From Rhina ancylostomus (lineage: Eukaryota): DNA of 64,000 bases. A program made the position numbers and the translations under genes. Positions 25,140-39,132 of the stretch are shown here, in pieces. The stretch's first letter is position 1, and the number at the start of each line of letters is the position of its first letter. The notes below the pieces were generated by a model. The model saw only the letters and a program-made list of their open reading frames with translations. It was not told where the DNA came from and made no database searches. The stretch spans positions 959,135 to 1,023,134 of the forward strand of contig JARFYF010000062.1 of assembly GCA_030265395.1 (NCBI GenBank). Reading direction: 5' to 3'.

Positions 25140-25375
25140 ACTAAGCTCCATCTCAAGCTCTGCTGTGGGAAGAGTCTTCCAGGCTGACAGGAAAATATTC
25201 AAGGATGTGCTCAAAGGCTCTTTGAAGAAAACCAACATCCCCACTGACTCTTGGGGATACTCAAAGTGGAGAGGGAGCACTCGGGATGACACTGACAAAC
25301 GCGAGGCTTGCCTTGGGAGCACATAGAGGTCCTGTAGACAGCAAAAGAAGCAGTCCACCCCACAAACTACCCGGG
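25140..25375 (+). mobile_element. RTE-type LINE 3' fragment
   Basis: gggaagagtcttccaggctgacaggaaaatattcaaggatgtgctcaaaggctctttgaagaaa..aacatccccactgactcttgg, resembling GKRxxGGQRKRFKDxLKxSLK. Confidence 0.7.
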
Positions 25376-25734
25376 GAAGAGAGGGGGAAGGAGGAGGAGG
25401 AGGAGGAGATCAGGGAAAAAAACCTACAGAATGATATTCATGCACTCAGAGACCAAACTGAAAAGGATCATTATAATTAAAATGGGTTTCATTTGGCTTC
25501 AAATACAATGAACAGAATGCAGCGACTGTGAGCAAAACACTCGAATAAGGACACATTTTTAGGTCGCTGCATTTAACTGGATCTCACTGCCTCTAAAAGG
25601 GAATTGAATTCATTTTCCTGCTTCTCCAAAGGAACTGTCATCAAGACAACAGGAACTGCCATTTAGCTTCACATTTTAATCTTTATTGCTAGTGAGAACA
25701 GGCAGAATGCTTGGCCCAGTTACTCTTCTTGCTT

Positions 25735-25905
25735 ATCTCATTCAAGAACCTTTGAAGTGTTGCTGCTGTTGCAATGTAAGAAACACAGCAGCCAATTTGC
25801 ACACAGCAAGCTCCCACAATGTGACAAATTCCAGATAATCTGTTTTAGTGTGGTGTTGTTTGCAAAGTAAATTTTCGGTCTAAACAAAGGTAACATTCCC
25901 TTGTT
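25735..25905 (-). mobile_element. Deu-SINE 3' body
   Basis: gcagccaatttgcacacagcaagctcccaca...ccagataatctgttttagtg. Confidence 0.7.
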
Positions 25906-25984
25906 CTGGTGTACTGTATTGAAAGCTGCCAATCTTACCATGTAACCAAAACCGGCTATGTAACCTAATCTGCCCAATTTCAGT

Positions 25985-26316
25985 GTGTGACCATACCTGC
26001 CTATCGGGCAGCATAGTCAACAACAGCACATGCCCTCCTGATGAGAAGGCATTCTATGCATGTTTTGAACAGAAGGGGATTGGTTTGTCACTCTCTACCC
26101 TGACAGTCTCCAATGCAACTGAACATGTGGTCACCGTGGAGGATGTAAGGTCAGTCTTCTGGGGAGTGAACCTGAGGAAAGCATCTGACCTGATTGGTGT
26201 CCCTGGCTGTGTGCTCAGATATTGTACTGATCAGCTGGCGGGGTATTTGCAGACATATTTAACCTCTCCCTGCTTCAATCTCAGGTTCCTACCTATTTTA
26301 AGACCACTGTCATCCC
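25985..26316 (+). mobile_element. Rex1/Babar RT N-terminal fragment
   Basis: AFYACFE...VTVEDVRSVFWGVNLRKAS..GVPGCVLRYCTDQLAG, resembling VNPRKAxGPDGVPGRVLRxCADQLAGVF. Confidence 0.8.
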
Positions 26317-27239
26317 NNNNNNNNNNNNNNNNNNNNNNNNNNNNNNNNNNNNNNNNNNNNNNNNNNNNNNNNNNNNNNNNNNNNNNNNNNNNNNNNNNNN
26401 NNNNNNNNNNNNNNNNCTCAAGGGATGTGGGCTTCATAGGCTGAGCCAGCATTTAACTGCCCAGCCCTAGATCCCCTTGAGACGTTGGTGGTGAGCTGCC
26501 GCCTTGAACCGTGGCATAAGATCTAAGCAGTGATCTCTTCGGTGTAATGTTGGACTCTAATTGGAGTTCAGCAGTGGAGCACCGTGACAGATGTGGTGAC
26601 ATATCTCAGTCAGTAAGACTTGGACCTCTCTATTTATACCACAAGTACAAAAGTCCAAGAGTTACTTCAGTTTCAATGGCTGAATGTTGGTGGTTCTGAA
26701 CAAAACCAAATATTTGCCCCAATATATCAGGGTGATGAGAAGAATGCCTTCTGAAAGGGCAGCAGAAACAACATTATAAGAATTTTCAGAAAGGGAATTG
26801 GATCTACACTTGAACCTACAAATGTCACATCTTGTCAATATTTAATACTGATATTCTCACTGTAAACAGATGCATTGATTCTTTATGGCAATTCTTGCAT
26901 GGAGCCTCACACAAAATCTCAACCCATCAGTTTTTTTCTTCATTATCTGAAATAATATCCAAAATCAAATACCAAAGTGAAAAAAATCATATGAATCATG
27001 CACACTGATTTGGCTTTTAACTTCTTCAGTGAAAGTCTTAACAACTTCTCAGTTGGACGTGTGCACTGAAGTTCAATGATGATTCACCAGTTACAGATTT
27101 CCCCAGGCAGGCTCTGAACCATGGAGGGAGTTAAGGATAACCAGCCAGAAGTTGTAAATTGCACACAAAAGTAATGGTTGTTAGGGAAATAAATCAGTGG
27201 GGCCAGCTATGAACTGTGAGCCCAGAGTGAATGGGCAGC

Positions 27240-28005
27240 TGAAGGAAACAAGTGTTAGTCAAATTAGTACTGAAGAAATTAATGGGACTGAAATTTGATA
27301 AATCCCTAGGATTTGATGCCCAGTTTTGATGGCAATGGAGCAAGTGGTTTTGATCTTCACAGATTCCTAGAACTCCACAGATTCCACATTGGCCTGACAG
27401 ATTGGAAGATGAAACGGAAATCAGTTTGAAAATCCGTTGGAATTTTATGAGTTCTAGCAGAATAGATAAGGATGAACCAGTTGGTTCCAGCATCTGCAGT
27501 CTCCTGTCTCCAGTTGATATGGTGTACTTGACTTTCAGAATGCCTTTGATAAGGTGCCACACAAAAGGTTATTAAACAAAATTAGACCGTGTGGTATTTT
27601 GGCCAATAAACTGGAGAAGACAAATAACTAGTTAATGGAGAGTAGGAAATTATGGGTCAATTTCCAGTTAGCAAGTTGTGATCAGTGAGATGGAACAGGG
27701 ATCAGTTCTGGGGCCCAGCTGTTCACAATATCAATGATTGGAATGAGAAGATCAACTGTAATACATCNNNNNNNNNNGTCAGGGATGGGATCAGGGATAT
27801 GGTCAGGGATGGGATCAGTGATGGGGTCAGGGATGGGATCAGGGATGGGGTCAGGGATGGGGTCAGCTTAAATTAATGGGGAAAGGCAAATGAAATATGT
27901 GAAAAATATGAGGTCATCTACTTTGAAGAGAGTGATTGAAAGGTTTTTGTGTCCAACCAGCTCTGGGTGGCCTTGAGCACAAATCATTGAATATTAGCAT
28001 GAGGG
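27240..28005 (+). mobile_element. Degenerate CR1 RT fragments with a 12-bp repeat (27778-27866)
   Basis: gatatggtgtacttgactttcagaatgcctttgataaggtgccacacaaaagg (VYLDFQKAFDKVPHKR-like); (gggtcagggatg)n. Confidence 0.75.
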
Positions 28006-28009
28006 TACA

Positions 28010-30290
28010 CAGATTCACAGAGTGATACCGCACAGAAACAAGCCCTTCAGCCCAACTCATCCATGCCAACCAAGATGTCAACCTAAGCCAGTCCTATTTT
28101 CCTGCGTTTGGCCCATATCCCTCTAAACCTTTCCTATCCATGTACCTGTCCAAGTGTCTTTTAAATGTTATTCTACCCACCTCAACCACTTCCTCAGGCA
28201 GCTCGTTCCATATAAGGACTACCCTCTGTGTAAAAAAATTGTCCCTCAGGTCCCTTTAAGAACATAGAACACTACAGCACAGTACAGGCCCTTCAGCCCA
28301 CAATGTTGTGCNNNNNNNNNNNNNNNNNNNNNNNNNNNNNNNNNNNNNNNNNNNNNNNNNNNNNNNNNNNNNNNNNNNNNNNNNNNNNNNNNNNNNNNNN
28401 NNNNNNNNNNNCTCTATCATGTCTCCCCTCATCCTCCTCTCCAGTGAGTAAAGCCCTAGCACCTTAAGCCTCTCCTCATATTCCATACGCTCTAATCCAG
28501 GAAGCGGTTGAGGCAGGTACATTAATGATATTTGAAAGACACTTGGACAGGAACATGAATAGGAAAGGTTTAGAGGGATATGGAACAAACGTGGGACACA
28601 TGGGACTAATTTGAATCTTATGGAATCTTAGTCGGCATGGACCAGTTGGGCCGAATGGCCTCTTTCTGTGATGTATGACTCTATGACAGGTCTGACAGGC
28701 TGAATGAAAGACCAAAAATAACGTCAAGCACAAAACCGACAATAGGAGAGACATTGCAGTGCAGACAGATGGCTCTGTGTTTGGATTTGTTCGTGGGCTG
28801 CTGCTTGGTGTCAGGGCTTGGAAGTGCACAGGCTCACCAAACAAACAGGCAAGTCTTCAAACCAGCTCATTATCCACTTAGACCCCATGGGTTTAATTAG
28901 AGATCTTGCTTCACCATGGGTTGTTACTTTGCTGCTCGTGGCTAATAATAAGCCCTTGATTTTTCTCCCATCAGATGGTCCGTGATGCCAGAGAGGGGGG
29001 AGGGCTGGGTGGCCAGTCTCTTGTTGAGGGTCTGGTAACATGAGCGGTTGGTGGTAACATACACAGAGCGAGTGTCTGGAGATGAGCTGGAAACACACAG
29101 TGAGCTTGTTGGCTCCTGCATGCTGATTTAATTAGGGTCAGGCTACATCTGTCTGGTAGCTCTGTCTGTGTTTCCTTTTTGGATCTAAGCACCACTGACA
29201 GCCAGCATTGATTAGGCTTCTATAATAGTACCCGATTGAGTGTCTTCTTGGTCCTGTTGGTCTGCAGTGACATAGAGGCCAGCCTAGGTACACAGAACAC
29301 AGCCCAATACAGGCCCTTCAGCCCACAATGTTGTGCCGACATTTTATCCTGCTCTAAGATCTATCTAGCCCTACCCTCCCGCATAGCCCCCCCATTCTCT
29401 ATCATTCATGTGTCTATCTAAGAGTCTCCTAAATGTCCCTAATGTATCTGCCCCCACAACCTCTGCCGGCAGTGCGTTCCACGCACCCACCACACTCTGT
29501 GTAAAGAACTTACCCCTAACACTCCCCTATAACTTTCCTCCAATCACCTTAAAATTATGTCCCCTTGTGTTAGTCATTGTCACCCTGGGGAGAGGCCTCT
29601 GACTGTCTAATCTTTGTCCTCACACCTTAAACCTGTGCCCTCTAATTTTTGATTCCCTTTCCCTGGGGAAAATGATTGTGCATTCACCCTGTCTCTGTCC
29701 CTCATGATTTTATACACCTCTGTAAGGTTAATTATTTAGGAAGGCATTGGTGCGTTGATCTTTATTTCTGGATGATTTGAGTACAAGAGCAGAGACGTAT
29801 TGCTCCATTTATTTAGGACTCTGTGACATTGGATCTGGAATATGCTTACAGGACTGCTTTCCCTACCTATCTGTGACAGAGTGCAGTGAGGCTTCAGTGG
29901 ATGGATCCCTGGGATGGTGAGTATGAGGAGAGATTAAGCAGACTGGGGTGCTGTCTACAGTGAGGAAGAGATAAAACTCATCTCAGTGAAAGAAACAAGT
30001 TCTTGCAGATTTGACAAGGTAGATTCAGATGTTTGTCCAAGCTGAAGAGTGTAGCAACATAAAATAAGAGGTCAGTCTCTCAAGACCGAGGCAAAAAGAA
30101 ATTTATTTTCCAAGAGGGTAATGAATTTTTTGTACCTCTCCATCTGAGAGAGCTGTGGAGGTTCAAGGTGAAGGTCGATGAATTTTTGGATAGGCAGGGA
30201 CTACAGGACGTGGTGTTGAGTCACTGAATGGAAGGACGGGCATGTGGAACTGAATGGCCTGCTCCTGCTTCTGTTTCTTATGTCCTTCTT
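28010..30290. mobile_element. Cluster of nested CR1 3' ends in both orientations
   Basis: (-) 28010-28258, (-) 28259-28500, (+) 28500-28690, (-) 29290-29730, (+) 29740-30290; includes YEERLKVLGLYSLERRMRGDMIE. Confidence 0.75.
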
Positions 30291-30751
30291 ATGACTTCAA
30301 CAGTTCCTTTGGCGTTTTATTCTTCTGCACCCAGAAAACTGAAGTAAACCTGAATTACCTGAAGTAAATCTGAATTCTCTGAAGATTTCTTCTCATTGGT
30401 TCTCATTTCAAGATGAATTCAGTCTGGCAAAAGGCACATACCAGCAGAGTAAAAGCGACCAGGCTTACATCCTCTGCAATGGTTCTGAAGAATTAGTTTT
30501 TTTTATCTTCAGTCAAAATGCTGAAGTTTGAGTTTAAAATAATTCTCTCCTGGTTGAAACTCCCTGGGATGTTGAAGCCATTTTTTAAAGTTAAAAATCA
30601 AGAAATTGTTTAAGCAATGAATATTTGAGTATTTAATGAAGTGGGCGTTTCTAATGAAATTGATGAAAGTTTAAAAAATGTGAACCAAACGCACTAATGG
30701 CACAGACAGGTCTTGAGCAGGGTCTGCTCTAATGCAACCAGTATTGCAGAG

Positions 30752-30960
30752 AGGAGACACAAGAGACTGCAGATACTGGAATCTGGACTAACAAACAATC
30801 TGCTGGAGGAACTCAGTGGGTCGAGCAGCAACTGTGGGGGGGGGAGAAATTGTTGATATTTAGGGTTGACACGCTGGATCAGGACTGGAATGTTAATGAT
30901 TCCTTCCCCCCACTAGATGCTGCTCAACCCACTGAGTTTCTCCAGCAGATTGGTTGTTGC
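30752..30960. mobile_element. Short Penelope-type palindromic element
   Basis: ctgcagatactggaatctgg...ctgctggaggaactcagtgggtcgagcagca and its inverse gatgctgctcaacccactgagtttctccagcaga. Confidence 0.75.
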
Positions 30961-30969
30961 TGTAGCATT

Positions 30970-31340
30970 GTAAAGGGTTGTACTGAGTGTTGGAGGGGTT
31001 GTACTGGGCGTTGGTGGGGTTGAACCGTGCAGTCATGGGGTTGTACTGGGTGTTGGTGAGGATGTACTGGGTTGTATTGTGCATTGGTGGAGTTGTACTG
31101 GGTGTTGGTGGGGTAGTACTGGGTTGTACTGGACGGTCATGGGGTTGTTCTGGTTTGTGCTGGGCATTGGTGGAGATGTACTGAGCATTGGTGGGGTTGT
31201 ACTGTGTCATACTGAGCATTGGTGGGGTTGTACTGGGTTGTACTGAGCATTGGTGGGGTTGTACTGGGTCATACTGAGCATTGGTGGGGTTGTACTGGGT
31301 TGTACTGAGCATTGGTGGGGTTGTACTGGGCGCTGGTGGG
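30970..31340. repeat. G/T-rich minisatellite (10/21/31-bp units)
   Basis: (gggttgtactgagcattggtg) and (gggttgtact) units. Confidence 0.9.
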
Positions 31341-32649
31341 CTCTCTGAGAGTGGGAGATAGGAGAGAAAAGGGTGACCTTTGTGGACAGCAAGTTAAGCA
31401 AAGGAATGGAAATGGTTCTGGAGGATTATATCTGGACTCTAGAATGAATTTGGCTGCAAATGTGCCAAGGGATTTTCCTGATGATGTTAGGTGGGCTGTA
31501 AGTGTATGTAGGGATGCTGGATGTCAGTGGTCCCATGGCTAATGTGCAACCTTTCCATACATAGCATTCCCTCATTATTCCACTAAAGTGTCAGTCCAAG
31601 TTTCACACTTGTTCAGCTGATCTAAACTGACTGTATTTCTGATTCCTTATGGGCACTGGTTCCTGGGAACTCAGCTGTGAACTGACATATGCACACAGAG
31701 AAATGAACGTTAGAACATTTCCAGTTAACAGAGTTTTCAACAAGGTCAGTTCAATGTGAGTTGAACAAGTCGCTCCAAGTACCTGAGTGCTGGTGGTCAT
31801 GTGGAAGCTCAGTGCTCCATTGAAAATATTTGAGGATCAGTGGAAGGATTTCATGTTGTAATCTTTAGAAAAGCCTGAGAAAGCAATGGTTTCACCCTGG
31901 GATGGCTATATCGTACATTTGGTCGTAACCTACTTATACGGGTTGCAAGGTTAAAAAACTCAGAATCAACTGGGATATCTTCTGCCACAGACTATACAAC
32001 CAAGAGCAATTTGACATGGTGGAAGACTCATTTATTGTCCCAAAGCCTCAAGGTCCAGAGGTCTTTAGAAGCATTGGGGAATCTGCTTCATACAAAAACC
32101 ATTGAGTAAAAGAAAGCTGTGGCTTTCTCCACACCAAATCTGTGCACTCCAAGCCCATTCCTCGTCTCTTTTGGTTTGTTTGACTGAGAGGGCTTTAGCA
32201 TCCAGTTGAATTCTGTATTGGAGTGAACTCCTGCATGAAAACCTCTACTCTCATTTTAAAAGATTTAACATAATTAGCAAGAGAACTAGAGAGGATTTCT
32301 TTTAATTAAGAGGTTGACACATACACGTGGGCCTGTCGGTGAATGTCAGACAGGAATTCGATGAAGCTGGAGATCCTGTGAGGTCTATTTATAGATTTGC
32401 ATCTGGAAAACAGATTCAGTGACAGTGTGAATCTCGATATATCCATCTCTGCTTTCTTTTTCAAGTGAGGGCTGTGATTCAGTGGTGGTACCTTCATGTC
32501 TCAGGCAGAAGTTTCTGGGTTCTAATCTCCCTTAGAGAATTGAAAACAAAATTCTGGGCAGCACCACACAACCTGAGGTGCTTTCTTTCATGAGATGTTA
32601 AACCAAGGTCTAACTGTCCTTTCTCATGAACACTAAAAGGGCATTGATT

Positions 32650-34730
32650 TACACAGGGAGTAGCTTTCATGGAGAGAGGCAAAAGCTGGGCAAGACTGGC
32701 ACCTCAGTGTTCAAGGATATACAATCATCAGACGTGTCAGCTGGGACGTAAGAGGAGGTGGCATTGCAACATTGGTCAAGGAGTCCACTACTCCAGTGAG
32801 GAATGAGTGTATCCAAGAAGATTCTTCAAATGAAACAGATGGGTGGAGTTTAGAGATAAAAAGGAACCAATCACTTTGCTGGAGGTGTACGACAGTCAGT
32901 GGGATGTAAAGGAGCAGATTTTATAAGTAAATCACAGAGAACGGTAGGATAAAAGTAATAGAGCATTTCATCTTCAACTGGGAGAATGCAGGTGGAGGGA
33001 TGTTGGAATTTGATAACAAATTACCCTCGAAAAGGAGGAGGCATTAAATGTCTTAGCAGGCTTAAAGCTGGCTGACTCTGCAGGGTCTGTGGAGATGTAC
33101 CACAGGCTGCTATGGGAAGTGAGGGAGGAGGTTGCCGGGGCTCTGACAGAAAGTTTCACATCTTCTCTAGCAAGAGAAGAGGTCAGAGACACCAGACGTA
33201 GTACCTTTATTCATGGAAGCCAACACAGATAAGCCAGATAATTATAGGTTGAGTCTAACATCAATGGTAAGGAAATTACTGAAAAACTCTGAGAGACAGG
33301 ATTGATCTACACTTGGAAAGGTTGGGCTTGACCAGGGACAGGCAGCATGACGTGGAACTGATCTCTGTTCCGTCCCAATGATCACTACCTGCTAAATGGA
33401 AATTGACCCATATGTTCCTACTTTCTGTGTTCTGACCATTAATCAGTTCTCAATCCAGTCCAGTATATTGGGTACCGTGCCGTCTAATTTTGCTTAATAA
33501 CCTCCTGTGTGGCACCTTATCAAAGTCAAGAGGTCCTGTCTGACTAATGTCATTAACTCTTTCAAGAAGATGACTGAGAGTGGCGATGAGGTAATGTGGT
33601 TGATGTAGCCTTCCTGAACTTCAGTAAGGTCTGAAGGTCCCACGAGGGAGAGTGGTCCAAATGTAAGAGCCCTTGGGATCTCAGGCTGAGACTGACTTGG
33701 TGACAGGAGAAGAAGGTGATGATCAGGTGTTACTTTTGTGACTGGAAACCCTTGACTAGTGATGTCCCACAGCAGTTGATGCTGGCTGCTTGCTGTACAC
33801 GGTAATGATTTGAAGGTGAATGTAGATGGTATGATTTGAAAGTTTGCAGATAACATGAAGATTGTTGGTTTTGTTGATGGTGAACAGCTACTCTTGAGCT
33901 GGACAATGATATTGATCAGTTGATCAGTTGATACGATAAGCATAGAAATGGCAGATGGAACTTACTCCTGAAAAATGAGAGATGGTGCATTTTGGGAGGA
34001 CTAATTAGGTTAAGGTACACACAAGCAGTAGGATCCTAGGAAGTACTGAAGAACAGAGGAACCTTGCTGTGCATGTCCGGGAACCCCTGAAGATAGCAGC
34101 GCAGGTAGATGGTTAAGAAGGTATACAGAATATTTCCTTCGTTAGCTGGGGCACAGAAAATAAGAGCAGGGAGGTTATGGTATATCTACATAAAACATTA
34201 CCTCAGCCACAGCCAGACTACTGTGTGGAGTTCTGAGAACATTCTCCAGAACGTTGCCCAGGATAGAATGTTTCACTCTGAGGAAAGACTGGCTAGACTG
34301 GGTTTGTACACTTTGGAACAGGGAAGGCCGAGGAAGGACTTGAGTGTGGAGGGGGATAGATACAGTAGATAGTGATGAATGTCCCCTTCGCAGACGTAAC
34401 CAGAACCAGAGGACATAGGTTTATGAGGGTGGATGGTTAACATCTGGAACAAAAGCCAAACTGCTGGAGGAACTCAGTGAGTCGAGCAGCATCTGTTGGG
34501 TGGACTGGGGCTGCTGGGTTGGGGGAAGAATTGTCAGGTGGAGACCCTGCATCAGGAACATTGCCTGAGAGGATGGTGGGTCCAGATGTCCCTACAACAG
34601 TTATTTAGCCAAGGCTGAGAAGACTACAGGCTGAGTACTAGGAAATGGGACGAGTAAAGATGGGCACTTGATGGCCAGCATGGACCAAAGTGGGCTGAAG
34701 GGCCTGTTTCTGTACTGAATGACCCTTTGA
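32650..34730 (+). mobile_element. Long degenerate CR1 LINE (endonuclease through RT to tail), with an inverted CR1 piece at 33350-33525
   Basis: RGGGIA-like endonuclease motif, YLDFSK-like motif, KFADN, WQMEL and VKKVY segments, ending gggctgaagggcctgtttctgtactg. Confidence 0.75.
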
Positions 34731-37700
34731 AGAAGAGCTGAAGAGTTAACCCCGATGGCCTTGCCAATATTTATCCCTTCACTGAGAACAGGCTGGCCCA
34801 GACTTCAACTGCATGTTGCTTTTTTACAGTCTCACCCAACTGAAAGTTCATTTTTGTTGAAGTGAAATACAACTATTTTTGGGTTGTTTTGCGCCACCCC
34901 AGATATTTGACTAGCTGGGAGTTACCCTAATGTCCCAACATGATTTACACAATCCTGGGACAATCTGCAGAAAGAGAAACTGAGTTAATGTCTCAGCTCT
35001 GACGGAAGGTCATCAACCTGAAACATTAACTCTTGTTTCTCTTTCCACAGATACTGCCCGACCTGCTGAGTATTTCTAGCATTTTCAGTATTTATTTCAA
35101 ATTTCCAGCATCTGCAGTTTTTTGATATTCTCCTGGTCATTGTCACATTGCTGTTTTNNNNNNNNNNNNNNNNNNNNNNNNNNNNNNNNNNNNNNNNNNN
35201 NNNNNNNNNNNNNNNNNNNNNNNNNNNNNNNNNNNNNNNNNNNNNNNNNNNNNNNNNGCTTGTTGTGCGTGACAAAATTTGTGCAGTCATACATTGCAAC
35301 AGTGCTTCAGTGGCTGAATAGGTCTTTGGGATGTCCTGAAAGAGGTACCAAAGACATCGACAAAATGCAAGACTTTATTTTATTTGAATTGGGTCAAATT
35401 TGCACACGCCGTTTAAACTGTATCCCTCATAGCTGTCTTTCTAACCTTCATATAGTTGTAAACTCTTTTGGACTAATTCTTGTGTTATTTGGCCATGCTT
35501 GTGGGCAGAGAATTGCAGAGGGATAGAAGATGCTTCATACTCAAATCCCAGCACCTCCATATGGGGTAAAACAACAAGGATGGAAAACATTTGAGAGAAG
35601 GAGAAAAATGAGAGGAGAGGAAAGGAAATTAGATAAAAACTGAGCTGGAAGAACAGAGAGAAAGGTCAAGAGAAAAGGCTCCAAAAGAATTAGAAAGGGA
35701 GCAATTTGCAAGAAGAGATAGTTATTCAAATTCTGTTGTGTAGCTGGAATTTCAGAAAAGCTGCAGAGATTCGTTGAGCAGCAGAAATCAAGGGGCACAG
35801 AGAAAACTACAGGATCAGTAGACACCTATTCAGCCCTGATTCTACTGTTGAATAGATTATGGCTGATTTGTACCTCAGCTGCCGCCTTTTGCTTATATTC
35901 TTCAATACCTCTTAAAAAGATAGCATTCAATTTCAGACTTAAAATTAGTTTGGACTTAGCATTAATCATTGTTTGTGGGAGAGAATCCCAGGTTCCACCA
36001 TCTTTTACCTGATAGTCCTGGCTCCAATTTTCAGATGCTGCTCCTAAACTCTGTAACCACGTAAATAACTCCTTTCAAATCCCCCTCATATCTTGAAAAC
36101 TTTAGTGAAATCATCCCATACCTTTCAGGAAGTTCAGCTTTATAATTTATATTCGGCCTCACAGTTTAAGTCTCCGCCTCGGTGAATCTGACACTGCACT
36201 CCCTCCTGCACCAAAGTCACCATGGTCCTGGCGACGAGAGTGCTCCACGTTTGGGTGGGATTTGTACAATTGTAGCTTAACTTCTACCCGTCGTACTTCA
36301 GTTGTCTAGATATACAATGCAGCATTCAATGAGTCTATGTGATTATTTTCTAAAAGTAAAAATCAAAAATCTGCAGATGCTGGAAATCTGAAATAAAAAC
36401 AATAAATACTAGAAATATTCTGCTGGTCAGGTAGCTTCTAAGGAAAGAGAAACAGTTATTGTTTCAGGTTGAAGGTCCTTCATCAGAATGGTTCTGATTA
36501 TTTTCTAGACCTGTTAGTGATATTTTAATGAGTGATAGATGACTGAATTGCTTTGGATATCCAGAGTTATTTTTAACTATTTACCGGAAATGCCTTTCTG
36601 CTCTTTTTAAGTGTGACGTAGATGACCTTGCATTTGACTTTACTGAATTAATTTGGCACAGTTTTGTGCATTGGTTAATGGGTTAAAACCTCTTTATAAT
36701 TTACATACCCACATTCATAGATCAGTCTCCAGTTGCAGACAGCAAAGTATGACATAATCATCAGATATAATTATCATTAATACCTGAACTATTGACATTC
36801 TGATCTGTACTCCTTTCTAACTAATATAATTCTCTATGCCAGCAGGTCACTGCATTATTACAGGGAGGATGGGTGAAGCTCAAAGCAGTGATGCATTAAT
36901 CGTGTCCATCAGAGAGGGGTCCCGTTAATCCAGGTGTGAGGCAATCTTTCTGAGCAGGTCAATTTATCATCAAAGTTTGCTGCTGAACTTTGATAACCAG
37001 GTGTTTGTAAAGAAAGACACACTGCTGTATTCAAATGTGGAGTTCATCTCTTTCCAAGATGTAACTAAATTATCATGCCAGGATGGTAATTTGAAACATC
37101 TAATTACTGTCACAGCTCTGGATGGAGTGTAGGAGGTTATAAAAAGACTAGTCAGCCTTGATTTTTTTTCTGCAATCCTATTTCATTTGCATCTCATTTC
37201 CACGGCACTCTCTCTCCATCACCCAGTTGNNNNNNNNNNNAGCAAAGACCAAATGTTTTCTGTGTCCTTTCAAGTCTTTGCCTCAGGATTGTAAACCTCA
37301 CTGTCAGTTTCTGCGAGGTGATTGACGGGGTGCAGGGAACAGTGAACTACCTGACAACACACTCACATAATGCAGTGCATATACACCACACCTCTGACAT
37401 ACGAGAATGACCCCAGGATTGGTCAAGATGACAACTCACAGGCCCAGAATGGGCATGGCTGATGACACTGAGAGGAATTGCTCCTGGTGCCAGTCTCTTC
37501 CAGGCTCTTGTCCACTGAGGTGATCCTGGAAAAGGACACCACGACCTCCATACTTGTCTGCTGCGCACCAGGGGAAACAAGAATGCAGAGCAGGCCACTC
37601 AGCTTCTTGAGCTGTTTAATAAGGTCATGTATGATTGTCTGCTCATGATAACCTTGCTAATTAAGAATCTGTTTAACTCTGCCTTAAAAATATTGAAAGA

Positions 37701-38944
37701 CTCTGTTTTTGCCACCCTTTGAGGAAGAGATTTCAAAGGTCCATGACCCTCTGAATCTCTCCCTTAATGTGTGTGATCTTTTGTTCTAAGCACACACATC
37801 TGTCTGATAGACATCATCATCTTTCTTTGGGTGAGCTCTTTTATGTTTCTTTAATTTGATTGGATCTTATATTAACATTGCTATTCCTATTGTTATTCTG
37901 ATTAATGCCTTTAACAGAGACAACATTGTGCACATTTAGTCCCTGGGTGAAAGGAAGCATCGACTTGCCTTGGAGGCTGTGCAGTAACAGAGGCAAGGGA
38001 TCATCCCATGAGGAGAGACTCAGCAAGACTGGCCTCTACTCTCTAGAGGTTTAAAACAAAATGGAGCAATCAAGATTTTGGGATCCATTGGCAGAGATGA
38101 TGCTGAGTGGTTGTTTCAGGCTGGATCCAGGAGGGAAGTCTCAGGATGAAGGGTTGGCTGTTTGGGACTGAAATGAAAAGAAATTCCTTCCTTCAGTAGA
38201 TCTTTGAATTCTCTTGTGCAGAGGGCTGTGGGTTCAATCATTGGCTGCTGAGGCTAAGACTGATAATTCTTCAGGCAGATAAGGCTCTGGGGATTGAGTG
38301 GGAAAGTAGAGATGGGATTGGGAATCAGCAGTGATCTTATTGTCTGATAGACAAGACTCAGAGCTCTACTTACCAAAAAAGGCTGATCATAGGGTAACAC
38401 CAAGTGACCCTCATTGGTCCAAAGCAGGATGATCTCACATTACTTTGTAACAAAACTTTTAACTATTCTTGGATCCCATCAGCTGTGAACCAGAAGCTCA
38501 GGGAATTTATTATAAATAACTGGGTTTTCTGGAACTTGGTTGTGAACTCCAGCCCTATGACCCAAGACTTAGACGGTACAGGTCACACGTCGCAATTGGC
38601 ACTCATGCTCCAATGTTAGGGGAATGCACAGTTTGGATCCTGCAGCCCGTGACCTGGACTCAGTGAGATGAATTTATGTCCTCTGTCTGTGCAGCAAAAT
38701 TTCTCTGATTCTGTGAAGTCTCAGGGTGAACTCAGTGATAAAGCTTCCAAGCTTGCCTTTGGTGGAAAAGGGAAGGAGAGAGGAAAGGGTTAAAACCTCA
38801 CTTGGCTAACCCATTTAGTAGAAAGTGTTAAGGAAGGGCCCGCGAATACTTCACACAACAATAGCTCCAAACATCGGGGCCCACTGGTGAATCACATCAT
38901 TGAGACTCCTATCATTTAACATGGGCAACCAAAAGGAAAACAGT

Positions 38945-39132
38945 AATAAAAACAGAAAGTGCAGGAAATACTGAGCAGCTCTGGAGAGAGACACAGAACT
39001 GATGTTTCAGTAGTGGTGAAAGCTGACTGATCAGAAGCATTGACTCCACGTTTCCCACCACAGCTTCTACCTGACGCTGCATGTTCCAGTGTTCCCTATT
39101 TTGGTTTAAGAGTTCCACCATCTGCAGTTTTG
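38945..39132. mobile_element. Degenerate palindromic Penelope-type element just 3' of the GFRA exon
   Basis: aataaaaacagaaagtgcaggaaatactgagcag... and the inverse ...ctgacgctgcatgttccag...tttt...ttccaccatctgcagttt. Confidence 0.55.
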
